Under the pieces are notes generated by a model. It had not been told where the DNA came from. It saw nothing but the letters and a program-made list of their open reading frames with translations, and did not search any database. A stretch of DNA of 64,000 nt. It comes from an uncultured SAR86 cluster bacterium. GTDB taxonomy: Bacteria; Pseudomonadota; Gammaproteobacteria; Magnimaribacterales; D2472. The stretch lies in contig CACPCZ010000005.1 of the NCBI GenBank assembly GCA_902632555.1, forward strand, positions 5,538-69,537. The letters run 5' to 3'. This document shows, one piece after another, positions 10,736-21,078 of the stretch. The position numbers were made by a program, and so were the translations under genes. Position 1 is the stretch's first letter, and each line of letters starts with the position of its first letter.

Positions 10736-11541
10736 TCTAAAAGATCCGGCTGCATCTTGATAATTTTATCGAAAGCAGGCTGATAACTTGCCCAAGCTGC
10801 AATATCATTTGCAATAAATTCCCTTGTTTTAATTGCAGTTTCGTGAGGAATTACAACCGGTTTTCCAGCTGCCTCAGCCATCAGCTGGGCTTGGCAACAT
10901 CTTTCCATTGACATATAAAACCATAAAGCAATGTCAACTGAGGGCCCTGTAGTTAATATGCCGTGATTTTGGAGAATGATGACTTTTTTTTCACCAAGAG
11001 CTTTTGCTATTTCATCACCTTCGTTAACTTCCTCAACTACTCCTGAAAAGTCTTTATAGATAGCTTGGTTTTCATAAAATGCACATGAGTCTTGAGCGAT
11101 TGGATCTAAAAGTTTTCCAAGTGTTGAGAATGTTCTTCCATAAATTGAATGTGAATGAGCTGCAGCATTGACATCAGGCCTTGCTTTATGAAGTCTTGAA
11201 TGTATTGCAAATGCAGCAACGTTTACATCTCTGTCACCTTGAACCACTTTACCATCATGATTTACAAGTAAGAGGTCAGATACAGATATTTGTGAAAAAT
11301 GAACTCCTAACGGATTTACCCAAAAGTGGTCACTAAATTCAGGATCCCTATATGTAATATGGCCAGCTACGCCCTCATTAAAACCAAAATAATCAAAAAG
11401 TCTAAAGCCAGCAGCAAGTTTTTCAAGCTGATTTCTTCTTTCTTCTGCTGGCGAGGCAAACTCTTGAAATACTAATCCCTTATCCTTTATGGGAAGTCTA
11501 CCATCTGTTGTGTCTATTTTAATGGGTGCAACATTTGACAT
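10732..11541 (-). CDS. Class II aldolase/adducin family protein
   Basis: GHITYRDP, AFAIHS.LH, HSHS and LQNHG metal-binding motifs. Start moved to ATG 11541, which has an AGGAG RBS upstream. Confidence 0.88.
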   Translation of the reverse strand: MSNVAPIKIDTTDGRLPIKDKGLVFQEFASPAEERRNQLEKLAAGFRLFDYFGFNEGVAGHITYRDPEFSDHFWVNPLGVHFSQISVSDLLLVNHDGKVVQGDRDVNVAAFAIHSRLHKARPDVNAAAHSHSIYGRTFSTLGKLLDPIAQDSCAFYENQAIYKDFSGVVEEVNEGDEIAKALGEKKVIILQNHGILTTGPSVDIALWFYMSMERCCQAQLMAEAAGKPVVIPHETAIKTREFIANDIAAWASYQPAFDKIIKMQPDLLD

Positions 11542-11600
11542 AGTTTTTATTCTCCTTTGCTCATTAATGTTAAAATAGCTTATCAAGAAAAAGGAAAAAT

Positions 11601-12992
11601 ATGAAATTTAGAATAGAAAAAGATAGTCTTGGAGAAGTTAAAGTTCCTTCAAAAGCACTTTGGGGAGCACAAACTCAGCGCGCAGTTAATAACTTTCCAA
11701 TAAGCGGCATAAAAATGGATTTTCCTTTCACAAAATCATTCGTTTCATCTTTAGGACTAATAAAAGATGCTGCAGCAAAAGCAAATTTAAAACTTAAATT
11801 AATATCCTCAAAAAAATCAAAAGCTATTTCAAGGGCAGCGAAAGAAGTATGGAAAGAAAAACATCATCATCAATTTCCTATAGATGTTTTTCAAACCGGA
11901 TCTGGAACAAGCTCAAATATGAATGCAAATGAAGTAATAGCATCTCTCGCAACAAAATTTGCAAAAACTCAGATAAAACCAAATGATGATGTAAATATGA
12001 GTCAAAGCAGCAATGATGTAATTCCAACTGCTATAAAAATTAGCGCCCATATGGATCTAACAAAAAAAATGTTACCTGCGCTTGATGAATTAATTGAAGC
12101 AATTGAAAAAAAAGCTTCATCAGTTAAAGGTACTATAAAAACAGGCAGAACTCACTTAATGGATGCAATGCCGATTGATTTATCAGAGGAGCTTCTTGCA
12201 TGGTCAAGTCAGTTGAACTCTTCTAAAGAAATGTTAGTTACTATTAGTAAAAAATTATTGGTTCTACCTCAAGGAGGAACAGCGGTTGGTAGTGGAATTA
12301 ATGCACATAAAAATTTTGCAAAATATTTTGCTAAAGAAATGTCAAACATTTATGACAAAAAAACTAAATTTGAACCAAGTAAAAACTTCTATCATGAACT
12401 AAGCGCACAAGATTGTTCTGTTCAATTATCAGGTGAACTGAAAAATCTTGCGATAATTTTAATGAAAATATCAAATGACTTAAGATGGATGAACAGCGGG
12501 CCTTTAACTGGCTTATCTGAGATTGAACTTAAAGCACTTCAACCAGGAAGCAGTATTATGCCAGGAAAAGTAAATCCTGTTATTCCCGAAGCTGTCGCAA
12601 TGGCATCTGTAGATGTTATCGGAAATGACACGTCAATTGCTGTTGCTGCTCAATCTGGAAGTTTTCAATTAAATGTTATGTTGCCAGTAATTGCATATAA
12701 CCTACTCAAAAGCATCAATCTTATGTCAGGTGCAATGAAAGCATTATCAAAGAATGCTATTAAAAGCTTCAAGGTTAATTATAAAAACTTAGAGACTTCT
12801 TTATCTAGAAACCCAATATTGGTAACTGCATTAAATCCTATAATTGGATATGAAAATGCAGCATCAATAGCCAAAAAAGCTTACAAAGAAAATAGACCAA
12901 TTATTGAGGTTGCAGCTGAAGAGACTGGTATGAGTAAAATGCAACTTAAAAAGTTATTAGATCCATCAAAAATAGCTAAGGGAGGCCTGTAA
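11601..12992 (+). CDS. fumC: Class II fumarate hydratase
   Basis: FQTGSGTSSNMNANEV, SQSSND, GRTHLMDA and GSSIMPGKVNP signature. Confidence 0.95.
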   Translation: MKFRIEKDSLGEVKVPSKALWGAQTQRAVNNFPISGIKMDFPFTKSFVSSLGLIKDAAAKANLKLKLISSKKSKAISRAAKEVWKEKHHHQFPIDVFQTGSGTSSNMNANEVIASLATKFAKTQIKPNDDVNMSQSSNDVIPTAIKISAHMDLTKKMLPALDELIEAIEKKASSVKGTIKTGRTHLMDAMPIDLSEELLAWSSQLNSSKEMLVTISKKLLVLPQGGTAVGSGINAHKNFAKYFAKEMSNIYDKKTKFEPSKNFYHELSAQDCSVQLSGELKNLAIILMKISNDLRWMNSGPLTGLSEIELKALQPGSSIMPGKVNPVIPEAVAMASVDVIGNDTSIAVAAQSGSFQLNVMLPVIAYNLLKSINLMSGAMKALSKNAIKSFKVNYKNLETSLSRNPILVTALNPIIGYENAASIAKKAYKENRPIIEVAAEETGMSKMQLKKLLDPSKIAKGGL

Positions 12993-12994
12993 TA

Positions 12995-13345
12995 GTGTCA
13001 GAAAGTCTATCTGAAAGTAGCTGCGAAGCTTGTAGAGAAGGTGCTCCTGTTTTGTCAGATTCTGAAATAAATGAGTTAATGAAAGAGATACCCTCATGGA
13101 TAATCCATGAGGAGGATGGTGTAAAGAGGTTGGTATGCTCTTTTGCATTTTCAAGTTACAGAGATTCATTAGATTTTACAAATAAAATTGCTAGGATGGC
13201 TGAAGATGAAGACCATCATCCAGAAATAATATTGGAGTGGGGTAATGTAACAATTTCTTGGTGGTCGCATAAAATAAAGGGTCTTCATAAAAATGATTTT
13301 ATATGTGCCTCAAAAACAGACAATATATTTAAATCATCTGGTTAA
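12995..13345 (+). CDS. phhB: Pterin-4-alpha-carbinolamine dehydratase
   Basis: CEAC N-terminus, EDHHP and WWSHKIKGLHKNDFI motifs. Confidence 0.9.
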   Translation: MSESLSESSCEACREGAPVLSDSEINELMKEIPSWIIHEEDGVKRLVCSFAFSSYRDSLDFTNKIARMAEDEDHHPEIILEWGNVTISWWSHKIKGLHKNDFICASKTDNIFKSSG

Positions 13346-13362
13346 AAAACCAAAAATTTGAA

Positions 13363-13590
13363 ATGAATCAAAATGAAAAACCATTTCAGTTCATAGCTTG
13401 GATAGCAACTTCAATCTTAATTTTGGCTGCGGTATTAGCAAGTTTTGTTCCTGCTCTCGAATACCATCATTGGGCATTTATCATTGCAAATTCGTTGTGG
13501 GTTATAGTTGGATTCTTATGGAAAGAAAATACTTTGATTGTCTTAAATGCTGGGCTTACAATAATATACGTTCTCGGATTAATTTTATAA
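13363..13590 (+). CDS. Small hydrophobic membrane protein of unknown function
   Basis: 75 aa with about 3 hydrophobic segments, co-oriented behind phhB. Confidence 0.65.
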   Translation: MNQNEKPFQFIAWIATSILILAAVLASFVPALEYHHWAFIIANSLWVIVGFLWKENTLIVLNAGLTIIYVLGLIL

Positions 13591-14883
13591 GAAAACGAAT
13601 TTTGAAATAAATATTAAAGTTAAAAACCAAGCACCATAAGAAACAGTTCTTATTTCACCGCTAGAAATTTTTAGAGAAACGTACGTCAAAAAACCTAAAG
13701 CAATGCCGTCAGCAATTGAGAATGTTAATGGAATCATAACTATTATGACTAATGCTGGTAATAGCTCGATTGCATTAGACCAATCAAGTTTTTCCATGCC
13801 ACCAAGCATTAAAATTGCAACATAGATTAATGCGCCTGCGGTCGCATAAGGTGGAATAATTGCTGCAAGTGGCGATAAAAACATCGCAAAAATAAACAAG
13901 ATACCGACAACAACAGCTGTAAGCCCAGTTCGACCACCTGCTTCAATACCAGCAGAACTTTCAACATAACTTGTCACCGGTGAACAGCCGAAAAATGTGC
14001 CTAATATACTTGCACCACTATCTGCTTTTAAAGCTCTATTAAGCCCTTGAGCCTCACCATCATCATTTATGAAATTTGCTCTTGTAGCAACACCTACCAA
14101 TGTACCAGTTGTATCAAATAAATTAACAAAAAGAAAAGACATTATCACCGTTAGCATGCCAAGATTAAGAGCCCCGATAATATCTAATTTTAAAAGAGTA
14201 GGGCTGATGTCAGGTGGCAAAGATATAATTCCATTATATTCAATCAAACCAGTCATAAGAGCAATAAAAGTTACAGCAAGAATGCCAATGATTATTGCAC
14301 CAGGAATTTTCCTAACAGATAGAGCAGATATTATTAAAAATCCAGCAACCGACAACAAAGTCTCAACATTTGTAAAATCTCCAAGAGATAATAAGGTCGC
14401 ATCATTACTAACAATAATACCACCATTTTTTAAACCTATTAGTCCTATAAATAATCCCACGCCGGCACCCATAGCTATTCTTAAGTTAAAAGGAATGCTT
14501 GAAATCATCCACTCTCTTAGTTTTGTAATACTCATTACAAAAAATAAAATACCTGCCACAAATACTGCACCTAGAGCTACTTCCCATGAATAACCCATTT
14601 CTCCAACAACTGTAAAAGTAAAGAATGCATTAAGTCCCATTCCAGGGGCCAAGCCTACAGGCCAATTAGCAAATAAACCCATTAATATGGAAGCAATAGC
14701 TGCTGCCAAACATGTTCCCACAAAAATTGCACCTAAATCCATACCAGTCGATGACATTATTTGCGGATTTACAAATATGATGTAGGCCATAGTAATAAAT
14801 GTAGTGAAACCGCCTAAGATTTCTTTTTTAATAGACGTATTATTCGAGTCTAGATTGAATAGTTGATTGACATAGTATTTCAT
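13585..14883 (-). CDS. NCS2/AzgA family purine (guanine/hypoxanthine/adenine) permease
   Basis: TTFITMAYIIFVNP, APGMGLNAFF, FDTTGTL and YVESSAGIEAGGRTGLT motifs. Confidence 0.93.
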   Translation of the reverse strand: MKYYVNQLFNLDSNNTSIKKEILGGFTTFITMAYIIFVNPQIMSSTGMDLGAIFVGTCLAAAIASILMGLFANWPVGLAPGMGLNAFFTFTVVGEMGYSWEVALGAVFVAGILFFVMSITKLREWMISSIPFNLRIAMGAGVGLFIGLIGLKNGGIIVSNDATLLSLGDFTNVETLLSVAGFLIISALSVRKIPGAIIIGILAVTFIALMTGLIEYNGIISLPPDISPTLLKLDIIGALNLGMLTVIMSFLFVNLFDTTGTLVGVATRANFINDDGEAQGLNRALKADSGASILGTFFGCSPVTSYVESSAGIEAGGRTGLTAVVVGILFIFAMFLSPLAAIIPPYATAGALIYVAILMLGGMEKLDWSNAIELLPALVIIVMIPLTFSIADGIALGFLTYVSLKISSGEIRTVSYGAWFLTLIFISKFVFL

Positions 14884-14984
14884 TAAAGTAAGTATATTCC
14901 ATAAGTAATTATTAATGCATGATTATTAAAATTTAAAATTAATACCTATTAAATTAATATTATGCGTACTCTTTCAATTTTTTT

Positions 14985-15000
14985 TGGCATAATAGTTGCA
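14985..15000 (+). promoter_or_regulatory. Putative sigma-54 (-24/-12) promoter for the TonB-dependent receptor
   Basis: TGGCAT-AATAG-TTGCA matches TGGCAY-N5-TTGCW with exact GG-N10-GC spacing. It lies 43 nt upstream of the ATG, with a GAGG RBS at 15032-15035. Confidence 0.65.
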
Positions 15001-15043
15001 TCTAACATCAATATATATTTTTTATTATTACGAGGTTTAACCT

Positions 15044-17356
15044 ATGAAATTTTCTTTTTTTGAAAAAACACTATTAACGATATTATTTTTCACTTTATAT
15101 GCGCCTGATATAAGCTCTCAAAATGATGAACCCGTCTTTGAAGAGGTTATTGTCACTGCTGAAAAACGAAATGAGAGTTTGCAATCAGTCTCGCAGGCGG
15201 TTACGGCAATTACAGATTCTGAGCTAGAAAATAAAAATATTAACTCTTTCGTAGATTTGAGTAGCATTGTTCCAGGCGTGACAGTTGCTAAAAATGAAGG
15301 CTACAAAACTGTAATATCGATAAGAGGTGTTGGAAATGAAACCAATCAAAATGCTATTGCAGCCCCTTCAGTCGCATATCATATGGATGGGATTTTTATT
15401 GCATCTCCATTTTCTTTGCAGACAGACTTCATTGACGTAAAAAGAATTGAAGTACTAAGAGGTCCCCAGGGAACTTTGTTTGGACAAAATTCAACTGGTG
15501 GTGCAATAAATGTTATCAGTAATGTCCCTAATTCAGACGAAATGTTTTCAAAAGCTGACTTAACAATAGGCGATTATGGATTGAGAAAAGTTAGAGCAAC
15601 AACTAATTTACCAATTTCTAATTCTGTTAGCACTAAGTTTTCATTCTCAACAACCGAAAGAGATGGTTTTTCAGAAAATATTGTTACAGGTCAAGATTTA
15701 GATGATGCCTCTAATATCAGCATCAGGTCAGATTGGATGATTGAACTATCAGATACTTCAAGTTTGAGGATTTTTGGGCAATATTTTGATGTAGATAGAA
15801 ATGGTGCTGCTATAAGAGGTATTGATGATCAGTCATCAGGTATGAGAAAACTATCTCAAGATACAATTTCAAAACAGGAACTAACATCCTCGGTTTTTGC
15901 AGTAATTTATGAAAATGATCTTGGTTACGCTAACCTTAAAGTTTTAGCTAGCACTCAAGAGGACGATATTTTAGTTGTAAGGGATAATGATCGTCACAAT
16001 TTTGGAGATTCAGTTCTTTCAATTCCTGGACTAGGAGCTGATGCAACATACCAAAGAGCTGAATTTAATCCTGAGACTTCAAAAGTAGATACAAAAACTT
16101 TAGAAGTTAACCTTATTTCAAACGAGCCAGCATTGAATGGAAAATTAGACTGGACTGTCGGAGCTTTTTACATGGAGCATGAGATAGAAAATCATATCAG
16201 AGGCTATAGAGACAATGACGATAATCCTGAATTCAGATATGTATGTGGTGAGCCTTTTGCAAATCCTTCATACTGTTACCAACATGATCCAAGCAATCCT
16301 TTTGCAGTTTTTGGTGCAGACTTTGATTTTGTAACTGATGCATATCCATCGAGAGAATCATATTCTTTATACGCTCAAACCACATATAGCATGACTGAAA
16401 CTGCAAGACTTGTAAGTGGTCTAAGGTATTCTAAAGATACATTTAAAACAGATGTTACTAACTTTTTTACCGTTGAGAGCTTTAAGGCTAAAGGAACTTC
16501 TGATGAAGTCACTAGTAAAATTACGGGCGAATACGATTTAGGCGAAGCTACAATGGTTTATGTAACTTTCTCAAAAGGATTTAAACCAGGAGGAAGCAAC
16601 CTTACATTTGGATTCACTGATGATAATGCTCCGCCTATGGTTTTTCCAACTTTTGAAGCAGAAACAGTTGATTCAACTGAAATTGGATTAAAAACTGATC
16701 TTCTTGATGGCCAAGCAAGAGCAAATATAGCGGCCTTTATGTACGACTATGAAAATTTACAATTTCAGGCAACTGATCCAGATCCTTATAGAGGAGGCGT
16801 AGCAAATATACCTGAGTCTGAAATGTCTGGTATCGAGATTGAATTTACAGGGTTAATTTCTGATGAACTAACATTTGACATGAACTTGGCATTTCTAAAT
16901 TCAGAGGTTAAATCTGACTATGATGTTTTAGATAACGTTGACGCTTATCAATACTTTTTTGGTGAGGAAGATCTGAGGTATGGGCTCAGAGAGAATGTAA
17001 AAGGAAATAAATTAGCAAAAACTCCTGAATTTACAGCTGACGTTAGTTTGGTCTATGAAACAGATCTTTCTTCTGGGAACTACATGACCGCAATTTTCCA
17101 ATATGTCAAACGTGGAAAATTTGAACAAAGAGTATCGAATAATCCTATTGTTGATTCTATACCAGCGTATGATATTGTGAATTTAACTGTTGGAATTGAC
17201 TTCAAAAATGACATGAGCGTTGACTTTATGCTTCTAAACGCAACTGATGAAGATGGAATTAATTCAAGTATGACTGACGTTTTTGGGGTAGCAGCTACTG
17301 GTTTAGAATTAATACCACCTCGACAAATCATGACCAGAATTAGCTATGATTTTTGA
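15044..17356 (+). CDS. TonB-dependent outer membrane receptor
   Basis: Signal peptide, TonB box EEVIVTAEKR, plug motif RIEVLRGPQGTLFGQNSTGGAINVI, KGFKPGG and terminal YDF. Confidence 0.95.
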   Translation: MKFSFFEKTLLTILFFTLYAPDISSQNDEPVFEEVIVTAEKRNESLQSVSQAVTAITDSELENKNINSFVDLSSIVPGVTVAKNEGYKTVISIRGVGNETNQNAIAAPSVAYHMDGIFIASPFSLQTDFIDVKRIEVLRGPQGTLFGQNSTGGAINVISNVPNSDEMFSKADLTIGDYGLRKVRATTNLPISNSVSTKFSFSTTERDGFSENIVTGQDLDDASNISIRSDWMIELSDTSSLRIFGQYFDVDRNGAAIRGIDDQSSGMRKLSQDTISKQELTSSVFAVIYENDLGYANLKVLASTQEDDILVVRDNDRHNFGDSVLSIPGLGADATYQRAEFNPETSKVDTKTLEVNLISNEPALNGKLDWTVGAFYMEHEIENHIRGYRDNDDNPEFRYVCGEPFANPSYCYQHDPSNPFAVFGADFDFVTDAYPSRESYSLYAQTTYSMTETARLVSGLRYSKDTFKTDVTNFFTVESFKAKGTSDEVTSKITGEYDLGEATMVYVTFSKGFKPGGSNLTFGFTDDNAPPMVFPTFEAETVDSTEIGLKTDLLDGQARANIAAFMYDYENLQFQATDPDPYRGGVANIPESEMSGIEIEFTGLISDELTFDMNLAFLNSEVKSDYDVLDNVDAYQYFFGEEDLRYGLRENVKGNKLAKTPEFTADVSLVYETDLSSGNYMTAIFQYVKRGKFEQRVSNNPIVDSIPAYDIVNLTVGIDFKNDMSVDFMLLNATDEDGINSSMTDVFGVAATGLELIPPRQIMTRISYDF

Positions 17357-17375
17357 TAAAAATTTTTCATGGTCA

Positions 17376-17399
17376 TAAGCTTATACTTTTATAAGCTTA
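17376..17399. repeat. Perfect 10-bp inverted repeat (hairpin or operator) between the TBDR and PRTase genes
   Basis: TAAGCTTATA-CTTT-TATAAGCTTA. Each arm contains the palindrome TAAGCTTA. Confidence 0.6.
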
Positions 17400-17409
17400 A
17401 TGTTTAAAA

Positions 17410-17973
17410 ATGGATAAGTTATTTATTAATTCAAGTGACTTGCTCAAGGATTCATTTCAACTCGCTTGGAATGTTTATGAGAGCGGTTTTAAACCTAATT
17501 ATATTGTAGGTGTCTGGAGAGGAGGCGCTCCTATTGGTATAGCCGTTCAAGAGTTTTTGAGCGTTCTGGGCATCAAATCAGATCATGTTGCCATTCGAAC
17601 ATCATATTATTCAGGTATAAACAGCCATAAGGAAGATGTTCAGGTGTATGGACTTAATTATGTAATTAGAAAGCTGGAGTCCGAGGACAAATTACTAATC
17701 GTTGACGATGTTCATGATACAGGAAACTCGATATCCCAAGTGATCTCTGACTTAAAAGCTGCATGTAAGAAAAATACACCTGAGATTAGAGTCGCAACAC
17801 CATATTTTAAACCAAATAAAAATCAATCAAACTTTAAACCAGATTATTACCTTCATGAAACAGATCAATGGTTAGTTTTTCCTCACGAGCTCGAGGGCCT
17901 TTCCATTTCTGAAATTGAATCAAATAAGCCGGAGCTTCTAGATCTTATTGATAAATTAAAATCGCACATATAG
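17410..17973 (+). CDS. Type I phosphoribosyltransferase, probably hypoxanthine/xanthine/guanine PRTase
   Basis: GVWRGG, PRPP-binding LLIVDDVHDTG and WLVFPHE motifs. Purine gene context. Confidence 0.82.
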   Translation: MDKLFINSSDLLKDSFQLAWNVYESGFKPNYIVGVWRGGAPIGIAVQEFLSVLGIKSDHVAIRTSYYSGINSHKEDVQVYGLNYVIRKLESEDKLLIVDDVHDTGNSISQVISDLKAACKKNTPEIRVATPYFKPNKNQSNFKPDYYLHETDQWLVFPHELEGLSISEIESNKPELLDLIDKLKSHI

Positions 17974-18035
17974 TTAATCTAGCTCTCAATAATTTACAGT
18001 CTTTTTTTTCTATTTAGCTTTGGTTATAATCTGTC

Positions 18036-19499
18036 ATGGATAAATTAAAACACAAAGCGTTAACATTCGATGACGTTCTTCTTTTGCCTCAATACAGTGA
18101 TTTTCTACCAAGTGATGCTGATACTGAATCAAAGCTAACTCGCAACATTAAATTAAAGCTACCTCTTATTTCAGCTGCAATGGATACAGTAACTGAATCA
18201 AGCATGGCAATAGCGCTTGCAGAGGCTGGAGGCATAGGAATTATTCATAAAAATAATTCAATTGCTGATCAAGCGGCTCAAGTCAGAGCGGTAAAGAAGT
18301 ATGAAAGTGGTATCGTAAGAGATCCAGTTACCATTAGCTCTAGTAAATCGATTGGGGAACTCAAACAATTGACTTCAGAACTGAGCATTTCAGGTATGCC
18401 AGTTGTAGATGACGGTGATTTGAAAGGGATCGTGACTAGTAGAGATTTCAGATATGCTGAAGATATGGAATCAAATGTTTCATCTATTATGACCCCGTTT
18501 GAAAACTTAGTGACAGTTAAAGAGGGTGTTTCACAAGATCAAGTTATGCAATTGATGCATAAAAATAGGATTGAAAAAGTACTAGTACTTGATGAAAGCA
18601 ACAAACTCTCAGGATTGGTTACTATGAAAGATATTGAAAAATCTGCTCAAAATCCTGATGCAACAAAAGATGAATCTGGAAGATTAAAAGTTGGAGCAGC
18701 ATTAGGTACTGACAACGATACCATTCTCAGAGCAGAAGCTCTCCATAAAGAAGGTGTAGATGTCTTTGTTATAGATAGCGCACATGGCCACTCAAAAAAT
18801 GTCATAAATATGATTAAAGAAATTAAGGAAAAATTTAAAGATGTTGATGTAATTGGTGGAAATATCGCAACTGCTGAGGCTGCAATCGCACTAGAGAAGG
18901 CTGGGGCAGATGCTGTAAAGGTTGGAATGGGACCTGGATCAATTTGTACTACAAGAATCATTGCCGGAATAGGTGTCCCGCAAATTACAGCTATATTTGA
19001 AATAAAAAAAGCACTTAAAAATAGCGATATTGGAATCATAGCAGATGGTGGTATAAGATTTTCCGGGGATATTGCTAAAGCAATTGCTGCAGGTGCTGAC
19101 TCTGTAATGTTGGGAAGCCTTTTTGCAGGAACAGAAGAAGCTCCTGGAAAGGTTGAGTTATACCAAGGGAGAAGTTTTAAAACTTACCGAGGTATGGGTT
19201 CTATTGGAGCTATGACAGAAAGAGAAGATGCAAACAGATATATGCAAGAAGATGTTGAAATTGATAAATTAGTCCCAGAGGGAATTGAAGGAAGAGTACC
19301 TTACAAAGGGTTAGTTCTGAATGTTATTAATCAGCTGATGGGAGGCCTAAGACAAAGCATGGGTTATATAGGTTGTAAAAATATTGATGAAATGCATAAG
19401 AACAGTCAATTTGTTGAGATTACTAATGCAGGTATGACTGAGAGTCATGTTCATGATGTGATGATTACTAAAGAAGCTCCAAATTATCAAAGAAGTTAA
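18036..19499 (+). CDS. guaB: IMP dehydrogenase
   Basis: [22 protein letters not shown] pair, GPGSICTTR and [13 protein letters not shown] motifs. Confidence 0.98.
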   Translation: MDKLKHKALTFDDVLLLPQYSDFLPSDADTESKLTRNIKLKLPLISAAMDTVTESSMAIALAEAGGIGIIHKNNSIADQAAQVRAVKKYESGIVRDPVTISSSKSIGELKQLTSELSISGMPVVDDGDLKGIVTSRDFRYAEDMESNVSSIMTPFENLVTVKEGVSQDQVMQLMHKNRIEKVLVLDESNKLSGLVTMKDIEKSAQNPDATKDESGRLKVGAALGTDNDTILRAEALHKEGVDVFVIDSAHGHSKNVINMIKEIKEKFKDVDVIGGNIATAEAAIALEKAGADAVKVGMGPGSICTTRIIAGIGVPQITAIFEIKKALKNSDIGIIADGGIRFSGDIAKAIAAGADSVMLGSLFAGTEEAPGKVELYQGRSFKTYRGMGSIGAMTEREDANRYMQEDVEIDKLVPEGIEGRVPYKGLVLNVINQLMGGLRQSMGYIGCKNIDEMHKNSQFVEITNAGMTESHVHDVMITKEAPNYQRS

Positions 19500-19506
19500 T
19501 ATACCT

Positions 19507-21072
19507 ATGACTAATTTATCAGTTGATAAAAAAAATATTGATGTAATTTTAGTTCTTGATTTTGGCTCACAATATACTCAATTAATTGCGAGGAGAATTA
19601 GAGAAAGTAACGTCTATTCAGAGATTCTCCCATGGGACATAGATGAGAGCAAAATCAAGAAATTAAAACCAAAAGGAATCATTCTCTCAGGCGGACCTAA
19701 TTCAGTAACAGAAAGTTTTACACCGAGAATCCCACAAATAATTTTTGAATTATCAATACCAATTTTGGGAATATGTTATGGCATGCAAACTTTGGCAGAA
19801 CAGTTTGGTGGCCAAGTAATTTCTTCTCAAAAAAAGGAATTTGGTCATTCTGAATTAAAAATAAACTCAGAATCAAAACTTTTTACAGGGATTGAAAAAA
19901 AATTAAATGTTTGGATGAGTCATGGCGATCAAGTGCAGGATTTGCCTGATCATTTTAAATTGATTGCCTCTACTGCTACTGCTCCTATAGCAGCAATGGA
20001 ACACCACTCACTACCATATTATGCTATTCAGTTTCATCCTGAGGTAACTCATACCTCTCAGGGAATAAAGATTTTGAATAATTTTATTTTTGATATCTGT
20101 AATACAAGCCCGGATTGGAAAATGGATGACTTAATTTCAAGCAGAATCTCTGAAATTAAAGAAAAAGTTAAACACGAAAAGGTTTTACTTGGATTGTCAG
20201 GAGGAGTTGATTCCTCCGTAACAGCCGCATTACTCCATAAGGCAATTGGAAATAAATTAACTTGTGTATTCGTAGATAACGGGCTTTTAAGAAAAGGAGA
20301 GGCAGAGCAAGTTATGCTAACTTTTAAAGAACATATGAATTTAAATGTTATTAAATCTGAAAGTGCAGAAATTTTTTTAAGACATCTGAAAAATATAGAC
20401 GACCCAGAGCAAAAAAGAAAAATTATCGGAAGGACATTCATTGATGTTTTTGATGCTGAAGCAATTAAATTAAAAGATATTAAGTTTTTAGCTCAAGGCA
20501 CCATCTACCCTGATGTAATTGAATCTTCTGGAAGTGAGTCTAATGAGGCAAGAGTTATAAAATCTCATCATAATGTAGGGGGCTTACCTGATGAAATGAA
20601 GTTAGATTTAATTGAGCCATTAAGAGATTTATTCAAAGATGAAGTCAGAAAAATGGGTGTAGAACTTGGGATTTCGAAAGAAATGCTAGACAGACATCCT
20701 TTTCCTGGACCTGGCCTTGGTGTAAGAATTATTGGAGAAATCACAAAAGAAAAAACAAAAATTTTACAAGAAGCCGACTTTATATTTGTTGAAGAATTAA
20801 TAAAAGCTAATTTATATAATAAAGTTAGCCAAGCATTTGCGGTATTGCTCCCTGTAAAGTCAGTTGGAGTGGTGGGTGACGAAAGAAGATATGCAGAAGT
20901 TATAGGATTGCGAGCAGTTGAAACAGTTGATTTTATGACAGCAAAATGGTCTCACTTACCCTATGATTTTTTAGAACATGTTTCTAATAGAATTGTAAAT
21001 GAGATCGAAGAAGTGAGCAGGGTCGTGTATGACATATCAAGCAAACCTCCAGCCACAATTGAGTGGGAATAA
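19507..21072 (+). CDS. guaA: GMP synthase (glutamine-hydrolysing)
   Basis: [40 protein letters not shown] and KPPATIEWE motifs. Confidence 0.98.
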   Translation: MTNLSVDKKNIDVILVLDFGSQYTQLIARRIRESNVYSEILPWDIDESKIKKLKPKGIILSGGPNSVTESFTPRIPQIIFELSIPILGICYGMQTLAEQFGGQVISSQKKEFGHSELKINSESKLFTGIEKKLNVWMSHGDQVQDLPDHFKLIASTATAPIAAMEHHSLPYYAIQFHPEVTHTSQGIKILNNFIFDICNTSPDWKMDDLISSRISEIKEKVKHEKVLLGLSGGVDSSVTAALLHKAIGNKLTCVFVDNGLLRKGEAEQVMLTFKEHMNLNVIKSESAEIFLRHLKNIDDPEQKRKIIGRTFIDVFDAEAIKLKDIKFLAQGTIYPDVIESSGSESNEARVIKSHHNVGGLPDEMKLDLIEPLRDLFKDEVRKMGVELGISKEMLDRHPFPGPGLGVRIIGEITKEKTKILQEADFIFVEELIKANLYNKVSQAFAVLLPVKSVGVVGDERRYAEVIGLRAVETVDFMTAKWSHLPYDFLEHVSNRIVNEIEEVSRVVYDISSKPPATIEWE

Positions 21073-21078
21073 AAGTTA

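Noticed and set aside
14069-14593. 174-aa plus-strand ORF and other long antisense ORFs (18647-19039, 20058-20441, 22502-22930, 54323-54670, 58504-58890)
   Set aside because: They are shadow frames fully inside well-supported genes on the opposite strand, with no motifs.
14884-15043. Purine riboswitch upstream of the permease or TBDR
   Set aside because: The region is too AT-rich, and I see no conserved purine aptamer core or three-way junction.
15033-15043. AGGT-TTA-ACCT mini-hairpin over the TBDR RBS
   Set aside because: Only 4 bp, too weak to support a regulatory claim.
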